Positions 57,874 to 64,000 of a stretch of 64,000 nt of DNA are shown here, in pieces; the first letter of the stretch is position 1, and every line of letters begins with the position of its first letter. The position numbers and the translations under genes are program-made. Source of the DNA: a bacterium (GTDB taxonomy: Bacteria > UBA8248 > JACPRG01 > G963555815); assembly GCA_965218795.1 (NCBI GenBank), contig OZ244653.1, positions 3,104,001 to 3,168,000 on the forward strand. Direction: 5' to 3'. The notes beneath the pieces were generated by a model that had not been told where the DNA came from, did no database searches, and saw only the letters and a program-made list of their open reading frames with translations.

Positions 57874-60443
57874 CCGGGGAGCGCCTCCAGCACATCGGTC
57901 GGCTCCATTCCGGCAGTCGGGACCATTTCCTCAGGCGACAAGAGAGCGTTGGAAGGACTTTTCCCCACCCCGCTCGGCACATACACCAACCCCGGGGGCG
58001 TCTTGCGATCGACCCGAACCGTGACGGGTATCCGCCCCCGATTCGTGAAAAGGGTCACGAAATCTCCATCCGCAAGACCCATGGAATCCGCTGTCTCCGG
58101 ATGCAATTCCCCGTAGGCCTGGGGACCGGCCGCCTGAATCGCGCGCGATTCCGCGACCATCGGACCCGAGGCAAACAGCTGCGGAGAGGTCATGAGTCTT
58201 AGCGCGGAACCGTCTGACGAGCCTCTCGGCGTCTCCCTCGCAGATGGCTCCGGCACTTCGAGGGTTCCCCCCCTCAGGTCTTCCGCCTCCCATTGGCAGC
58301 CGCCATCTCCCAAGCCGTGATTCGCCAATCCCGCATAAGCCGGAACGACACGGGCGATTTCCTCCTGGACACCCTTCAGACCGCCTGAGAGTTGAGGAGC
58401 GCCCATCTGGTGGATCAATTCCAGAATGACCTCCCACTCCGGCCGCGCGGCGGATTTCGGAAGGAGAGCAACGCCAAGGGCCTGAACCTGCCGTCCCAGC
58501 CCGGTGACTGTCCCTTCCATCTCCGTAACCGTCCTGGCGGGGAGAACCGCATCGGCAAATTCCGCACAGGCGTTCGGCAAACTGTCCTGAACCACGAGAA
58601 AGTCGAGTCTGGAAATCGCGCTGCGAAGGCTCTCCGGATCCGGGCAATCCCGCAGGGGGTCGGCGCTCAGAAGATAGAGACCCTTGATTCGGCCTTCTCG
58701 GATTCCCGCCGCAATGCCGCCCGTGTCGAGACCTGCCCGTTCCGGGTACTTCAGGATGCCCGCCTCGAAAAGCTCGTTATCCCGCCCCACCGGCCGGTAC
58801 CCGGGGAAGGCATACGGCAGACAACCCATATCCATCGCGCCCTGGAGATTCGGGCCCGTGTGGAGATAACCGCCTTTGGCTTCCGGAAGGGCCGCCTCCA
58901 AGCGGGCAAAAGAGGAGGCAGCGATCGGGTCTCCCACTCCGGGTCCCATCAATAGGGCGCACCCGGGCGCTTCCCCGAGAATTTCCGCCGCGCGCCGCAG
59001 GTCTTCAGTCTTCACGCCGGCCGATTCCGCATGTCCTTCCACCGAGCCCTCCGACCCGGCGGGCAACGTCAAATCAGAGTGCGCCTCGCCCAGGGCGCAC
59101 CACAGACCGGACACCAGAGCCCGTTCCGCCCCGGGGGCATACATCAGACGAACGGCCACCGGCGCGTTGATCGAAACGCGCCTCGGGTGGGCCATGACAA
59201 GGGGGGCCCCTGCCTTGACGGCCTTCCTCAAGCGAATGGCCAGGATCGGATGTTCGTAGAAAAGATCGGAACCGATCAGAAAAACGGAGGAAACGGTTTC
59301 CAAATCCTCGAAGCTCAAGCTCATCCCGGGGTATCCCCGGGCGGCGTTGAATCCATCCGTCCCCGCGATATCGAATGGCCGCGTCCGCGCATCGACATGA
59401 TTTGTTCCCAGCGCGCCCCGGAGGAACTTTTGAAACAGATAGGCGGCCTCATTGGTGGATCGGCCCCCCCCAATCCCCGCGATCGCCTCGGCGCCGTGCG
59501 TCTCCCGAACCTGACGGAACCCCTCCACCACGCGGGTCAGACACTCCTCCCACGTCTTCCCCGATCGGTCCCCTTTTCGGCCGAGGGCCGGGGTCCGAGA
59601 ACGGTTCGGACTGCATACGAACTCCATCCCCCAGCGTCCGGCGTCACAGATCCACGTCTCGTTGACGGCTTCATTGAATCCGGCCGTCACGCGTTTGATG
59701 TCGTTTTCCCGGGTCCACACCCTGCTTTGGCATTGGACAGGACATAAAAGGCAGGGCGTCTCAACTGAATCCATCTCCCAGACGCGGGCCTTGAATCGGT
59801 AGGGCTTGTTGGTCAGCGCGCCAACGGGGCAAATGTCAATCACGTTGCCCGACACCGTGGACTTCACGGAAACGTCGAAATCATGGTACGTGTCGACCAT
59901 CGTCCGGTCCCCGCGCTCCACGAAACCGAACTCACTGGCTCCGTCGATCTCCTCGCTGAAACGGATGCAACGGGTGCAGTGGACACAGCGGTTCATCTCC
60001 GGCTCGATGAAGGGGCTGATGTCCAGCTTCGGATAGGTTCGCCGCACAAACTCATTCCGTGTCAGCGAATCGCCGAACCCCAGGGTGATGTCCTGGAGCG
60101 GGCATTCGCCTCCCTGGTCGCAAATCGGGCAATCCAGAGGGTGATTCAAGAGGAGGAATTCGACGACCGCCTTCTGGGCCTGGACGGCGACATCCGATTT
60201 CGTCGAAACCACCATCCCATCGGCCACGGGAGTCGAGCAGGCAGTAAAAGGGCGGGGAGCCGCGCCGGGAGGCGGAGCGGGCTGCTGGATCTCCACCATG
60301 CACTGGCGGCACTGGGCGACCACCGAGAGCTTCGGGTGGTAGCAGAACCGGGGGATATAGATCCCCAGCCGATCGGCCGCCTGGATGATCGTCGAGCCCG
60401 GCTCGACCTCGGTGGTCTGCCCGTCAATGGTGACGGTCGGCAT
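57870..60443 (-). CDS. nuoG: NADH-quinone oxidoreductase subunit G (long form with N7 motif)
   Basis: CYHP..CRQC..C, HPLDCPICDQGGEC, CVHCTRC and CLLCPVQC...C; C-terminal molybdopterin-enzyme-like domains. Confidence 0.95.
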   Translation of the reverse strand: MPTVTIDGQTTEVEPGSTIIQAADRLGIYIPRFCYHPKLSVVAQCRQCMVEIQQPAPPPGAAPRPFTACSTPVADGMVVSTKSDVAVQAQKAVVEFLLLNHPLDCPICDQGGECPLQDITLGFGDSLTRNEFVRRTYPKLDISPFIEPEMNRCVHCTRCIRFSEEIDGASEFGFVERGDRTMVDTYHDFDVSVKSTVSGNVIDICPVGALTNKPYRFKARVWEMDSVETPCLLCPVQCQSRVWTRENDIKRVTAGFNEAVNETWICDAGRWGMEFVCSPNRSRTPALGRKGDRSGKTWEECLTRVVEGFRQVRETHGAEAIAGIGGGRSTNEAAYLFQKFLRGALGTNHVDARTRPFDIAGTDGFNAARGYPGMSLSFEDLETVSSVFLIGSDLFYEHPILAIRLRKAVKAGAPLVMAHPRRVSINAPVAVRLMYAPGAERALVSGLWCALGEAHSDLTLPAGSEGSVEGHAESAGVKTEDLRRAAEILGEAPGCALLMGPGVGDPIAASSFARLEAALPEAKGGYLHTGPNLQGAMDMGCLPYAFPGYRPVGRDNELFEAGILKYPERAGLDTGGIAAGIREGRIKGLYLLSADPLRDCPDPESLRSAISRLDFLVVQDSLPNACAEFADAVLPARTVTEMEGTVTGLGRQVQALGVALLPKSAARPEWEVILELIHQMGAPQLSGGLKGVQEEIARVVPAYAGLANHGLGDGGCQWEAEDLRGGTLEVPEPSARETPRGSSDGSALRLMTSPQLFASGPMVAESRAIQAAGPQAYGELHPETADSMGLADGDFVTLFTNRGRIPVTVRVDRKTPPGLVYVPSGVGKSPSNALLSPEEMVPTAGMEPTDVLEALPG

Positions 60444-60446
60444 TGG

Positions 60447-61736
60447 CTATCCACCCCCTTGGGCGATCGCGGGCGCCCGCCGAATATAGGCTTCAAACTC
60501 ATGGCGAAATTTTCGGATACCGCTTTCGAGGGGTCCGCAGGCGGCATCCCCCAGCGGGCACAAGCAACGGCCGCCCTTGATGTTCGCCGCCATTTCCAGC
60601 AGCAGATCCTGATCTTCCTGTCTCCCTTCCCCATCCAGAATCCGCCTCAGGATGCGATACGACCAACCCGTGCCCTCGCGGCAGGGCGTGCATTGACCGC
60701 AGGATTCGTGACGGAAGAACCGGAGCAGGATGTAGGTGGCGCGAACGATGTCGGTGGTCTCGTCCATGACGATGACCGCTCCCGAGCCGCCCATGGTCCC
60801 AATGGCGGCGAGTGTGTCGAAGCCCATCTGCACGTCAATCTCATCAGCCGTGATCATCGGCGCAGACGCCCCGCCGGGGATCACCGCTTTGAGCTGCTTT
60901 CCGCCGGGTATCCCGCATGCATGGCCGTAGATGAGTTCGCGGCAGGTGACGTTCAGCGGAAGCTCGTAGCAACCGGGACGCTCGACGTGGCCGCTGACGG
61001 CGAATACGCGCGTTCCCGTATTCCGCTCGAATCCGATACCGGCGAACCACTCCGGACCGTTGTTGATGATGGAGGACAGAAAGCAAAGCGTCTCCACGTT
61101 GTTGACGACGGTCGGACTTGCGTAAAGACCCTGGAGCGCAGGAAACGGCGGTTTCGGCCGGGGCTGGCCGCGCTTGCCCTCCAGCGATTCGAGAAGGCCC
61201 GTCTCCTCCCCGCAAATATAGGCCCCCGCGCCCCGGTGGAGATGGATTTCCACGTTCAGCCCCTTTCCGAGGATGTCCCGGCCCAGGAGGCCCGCCTGGT
61301 ACGCCTCCTCCACGGCGGCTCGAATTCGGCGGTAGGCCAGTCCGAATTCCCCCCGGACATAGAGGTAAGCGGTTGGGATGCCGACGGCATAGCAGGCGAT
61401 CAGGATTCCTTCCAGGAGCAAATGGGGGTCTTCTTCCATCAGCAACCGGTCCTTGAAGGTTCCCGGCTCGCTCTCGTCGCCGTTCACGCAGAGGTACTTG
61501 GGCCCGGGGTGGTCCTTCGGGACAAAGCCCCACTTCACACCCGTGGGGAAACCCGCGCCCCCCCGTCCGCGCAGACCGGAGGCCTTGACCGTCTCGATGA
61601 CTTCCCCTGGGTCGCGCCGTTCGTCCAAGATATTCTGAATCGCCTGGTACGCCCCGTTGGCCCGTGCGCCCTCCAGCGTGTGGCTGCCTTCCAGGTGGAC
61701 GTTCTTTGTGACGATCGGGAGAATTTCCACGCTCAC
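60447..61736 (-). CDS. nuoF: NADH-quinone oxidoreductase subunit F
   Basis: GLRGRGGAGFPTG, NGDESEPGTFKD, GAYICGEET and ESCGQCTPCREG; GTG start overlapping the nuoE stop. Confidence 0.95.
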   Translation of the reverse strand: MSVEILPIVTKNVHLEGSHTLEGARANGAYQAIQNILDERRDPGEVIETVKASGLRGRGGAGFPTGVKWGFVPKDHPGPKYLCVNGDESEPGTFKDRLLMEEDPHLLLEGILIACYAVGIPTAYLYVRGEFGLAYRRIRAAVEEAYQAGLLGRDILGKGLNVEIHLHRGAGAYICGEETGLLESLEGKRGQPRPKPPFPALQGLYASPTVVNNVETLCFLSSIINNGPEWFAGIGFERNTGTRVFAVSGHVERPGCYELPLNVTCRELIYGHACGIPGGKQLKAVIPGGASAPMITADEIDVQMGFDTLAAIGTMGGSGAVIVMDETTDIVRATYILLRFFRHESCGQCTPCREGTGWSYRILRRILDGEGRQEDQDLLLEMAANIKGGRCLCPLGDAACGPLESGIRKFRHEFEAYIRRAPAIAQGGG

Positions 61737-62344
61737 GGTGACTCTTTCCCCCCGGACGATTCGGGCGAGGAATCCCCTCCGTCTTCCCCGGATGGAATGG
61801 CTTTCGGACCGGCATCGGCCTCCGCCGTCCCTCCGTTGGCCGTTCCTTTTGACCATTGGTCGATCAATTCATCCAGTCGTTCCGGCGTCAGGTCCACAAT
61901 CAACTCGTCATTGCACCACATCATCGGAGCCCGATCGCAGGCCCCCAGGCATTCGGCCCGCGCCAGGGAAAAACGACGGTCCCGGGAGACCCCTCCCACC
62001 CGAATCCCGAGTTTTCCCTCCAGGTGCTTGATGATGTTCTCCGCCCCCGCCAGGAAACAACTCAGGTTGTGACAGACCCACAGATGGCGCTCGCCGACCG
62101 GCTCGGTGTGAAGCATCTCGTAGAAGCTGGTCACGCTGAGCACATCCATCGGGGAAAGCTCCAGAAGGTCGGCGACGTACTGGATGGCCGCCGGGGAGAG
62201 ATGGCCAAACTCCTCCTGTGCGAGGCGCAGCGTCGGGATCAGCGCGGACCTTCTCCGGTCTTCCGGATACCGGGCGCAGATTCGCTCGAATTCGGCCGTG
62301 CCGTCATCGGAGAACCTCATGGCGGTTCCGTGGCTGTCACTCAA
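61733..62344 (-). CDS. nuoE: NADH-quinone oxidoreductase subunit E
   Basis: VCHNLSC...ECLGAC [2Fe-2S] motif. Confidence 0.93.
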   Translation of the reverse strand: MSDSHGTAMRFSDDGTAEFERICARYPEDRRRSALIPTLRLAQEEFGHLSPAAIQYVADLLELSPMDVLSVTSFYEMLHTEPVGERHLWVCHNLSCFLAGAENIIKHLEGKLGIRVGGVSRDRRFSLARAECLGACDRAPMMWCNDELIVDLTPERLDELIDQWSKGTANGGTAEADAGPKAIPSGEDGGDSSPESSGGKESP

Positions 62345-63579
62345 CGATCGACCTCTCCCAGGACGAAGTCCAAGCTGGCGATGATGGCCACGACGTCCGC
62401 CATCAGCTTTCCGACCATCACCTTTTCCAGGGCCTGAACACTGATGAATGACGGTGGACGGAGCTTGGCTTTATAGGGCTTCGGCCCCCCATCGCTCACG
62501 ATGTAGAACCCCGCCTCTCCCCTTGGTCCCTCAATCGGGACGTAAGCCTCGCCCTTGGGGACGTCAAAACCATGGGTGAAAATCAGGAAGTGATGAATGA
62601 GGGCCTCCATATCGTAACGGAGGCGCTCTTTCGGAGGCGGGACGATCTTGGGCGCGTCCGCGAGGACGGGTCCGTCCGGCAGCCGGGCCAGCGCCTGTCT
62701 GACGATCTTCGCGCTCTCCCTCATTTCCGCCATCCGGACGCGATACCGGTCATAGACGTCGCCTCCGTCCAGGACGGGTACCTCAAAGTCGTAATTCTCG
62801 TATCCGCAATACGGATTCGCCCGTCTCAAGTCGTGCGCGACACCGCATGCGCGAAGATTGGGACCGGTCAGCCCGAGATCGATCGCTTCCTCTACGGTAA
62901 ACGCGCCCACGCCGACCGTCCGCCTTTTGAAGATCGGGTTTTCCGTGAGCAGGGTTTCGTATTCATCCACACGGTCCGGGAAGGCGTTGATGAACGCCCA
63001 AATCTCTTCTTCGAACTCGGGGTAGAGCGGCCGGGCCAGCCCGCCGATTCGGAAATAGCTCGTCATCATCCGAACGCCGGAGACCCGTTCGAAGATTCGG
63101 AGGATCTGCTCCCGTTCCCGAAAGCAGTACAAGAAGACCGTCATGGCGCCCAGGTCGAGGGCGTGCGTTCCCAGCCAGACCAGATGGCTCGCGATCCGCG
63201 TCAATTCGGCCAGGATCACGCGGGCCGTCTCCGCCCGAGGCGGAATCTCCAGCCCCAGAAGCTTTTCCACCGGCAAAACATACGCCAGGTTGTTGGACAG
63301 GGGGGCGAGGTAATCCATTCGGTCCGTGACGGTGATGGCCTGGGTGTACGTTTTCGCCTCCATCGTCTTCTCCATACCGGTATGGAGATAGCCGATGTCG
63401 GCCTCTGCCTTGACCACCGTTTCGCCGTTCAGCTCCAGCGCCAGGCGCAACACCCCATGGGTGCTGGGGTGTTGGGGGCCCATGTTGAGCATCATGGTTT
63501 CGGACTGGAGGCCGGATTCGTCCCCGACGGCCGCGCCTTCCGTCCAGGGCGCTCCAATATCGTCCAGGATCTCAGCCAT
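62341..63579 (-). CDS. nuoD: NADH-quinone oxidoreductase subunit D (operon 1)
   Basis: [18 protein letters not shown] and DFVLGEVDR; start MAEILDD. Confidence 0.95.
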   Translation of the reverse strand: MAEILDDIGAPWTEGAAVGDESGLQSETMMLNMGPQHPSTHGVLRLALELNGETVVKAEADIGYLHTGMEKTMEAKTYTQAITVTDRMDYLAPLSNNLAYVLPVEKLLGLEIPPRAETARVILAELTRIASHLVWLGTHALDLGAMTVFLYCFREREQILRIFERVSGVRMMTSYFRIGGLARPLYPEFEEEIWAFINAFPDRVDEYETLLTENPIFKRRTVGVGAFTVEEAIDLGLTGPNLRACGVAHDLRRANPYCGYENYDFEVPVLDGGDVYDRYRVRMAEMRESAKIVRQALARLPDGPVLADAPKIVPPPKERLRYDMEALIHHFLIFTHGFDVPKGEAYVPIEGPRGEAGFYIVSDGGPKPYKAKLRPPSFISVQALEKVMVGKLMADVVAIIASLDFVLGEVDR

Positions 63580-64000
63580 CGTCCGACTCTCTTTTTGGCC
63601 CCGGCCCGGAGGACTCCGGCTCCCGATACTCGTTGACGTATTCTTCGATGGTGGTTTTGTGCCGGGCCCGAACATACGCCTGCCCTTCGGTGAATTGCAC
63701 CGGCTCGTCCCCCGTATCGAAGTCCCTGCGGTGGGGATGCCCTTCGAAGCCCTCCGGCGTCAGGATGCGTTCCAGATGGGGGTGCCCCTTGAATTCGATG
63801 CCCATCAGGTCAAAGGCCTCCCGTTCGTGCCAGTTCGCGGAAGTCCACATCGAAACGACCGAATCCACCGCCGGCGGGTCTCCATCGACGCAGGCCTTCA
63901 GCCGAAGCCGCCGGTGATGGGGAATGGAATAAAGGTTGTAGACCACTGCGAAGCGCGGGCCGTCCACGCCCAGGTCCAGTCGATCCAGACCGCACAGATC
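63572..64000 (-). CDS. nuoC: NADH-quinone oxidoreductase subunit C (operon 1), 5' end outside the window
   Basis: [25 protein letters not shown] and GHPHRRDF. Confidence 0.92.
   Translation of the reverse strand, partial: DLCGLDRLDLGVDGPRFAVVYNLYSIPHHRRLRLKACVDGDPPAVDSVVSMWTSANWHEREAFDLMGIEFKGHPHLERILTPEGFEGHPHRRDFDTGDEPVQFTEGQAYVRARHKTTIEEYVNEYREPESSGPGPKRESDDG

Noticed and set aside
38651-63636. Long plus-strand ORFs (e.g. 38651..40339, 40327..41718, 47365..49080, 59883..62072)
   Set aside because: They lie antisense to thyX/nuo genes, as expected in high-GC DNA, and show no recognisable motifs.

Overview
High-GC bacterial chromosome segment in three parts. (1) 1-5.9 kb and 29-37.5 kb carry nucleobase/heterocycle catabolism and transport genes: an FAD oxidoreductase, a CodA-like deaminase, an orphan xanthine-dehydrogenase-family Mo subunit, a frameshifted Tat-signal deaminase, DoxX, a BMP binding protein, sat-cysC, two MFS transporters and an amidohydrolase. 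(2) A ~22-25 kb accessory island (about 6.8 to 29/31.8 kb) holds an intact, translationally coupled three-gene putative anti-phage cassette (DPLG-motif protein, two-HxK PLD-like nuclease, SNF2 helicase; Azaca-like) bracketed by diverged ~200-bp direct repeats. It also holds a ~2060-aa TPR/PIN-like protein, a decaying plasmid/ICE leading region (RHH, DUF2493, DUF4326, broken primase, ssb) and many IS5/IS3/IS110 remnants. (3) 38.6-64 kb has a tandem-domain thyX followed by two back-to-back complex I operons: a canonical nuo(C)DEFGHIJKLMN, and a second, separately promoted nuoABCDHJKLMN that lacks nuoEFG and nuoI. The most striking feature is an exact 26-residue duplication in the amphipathic helix of the second NuoL. 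This resembles the signature of four-antiporter '2M' complexes, yet this operon encodes only one NuoM. No rRNA, intact tRNA or CRISPR array was seen. All family calls come from motif recognition, not database searches.
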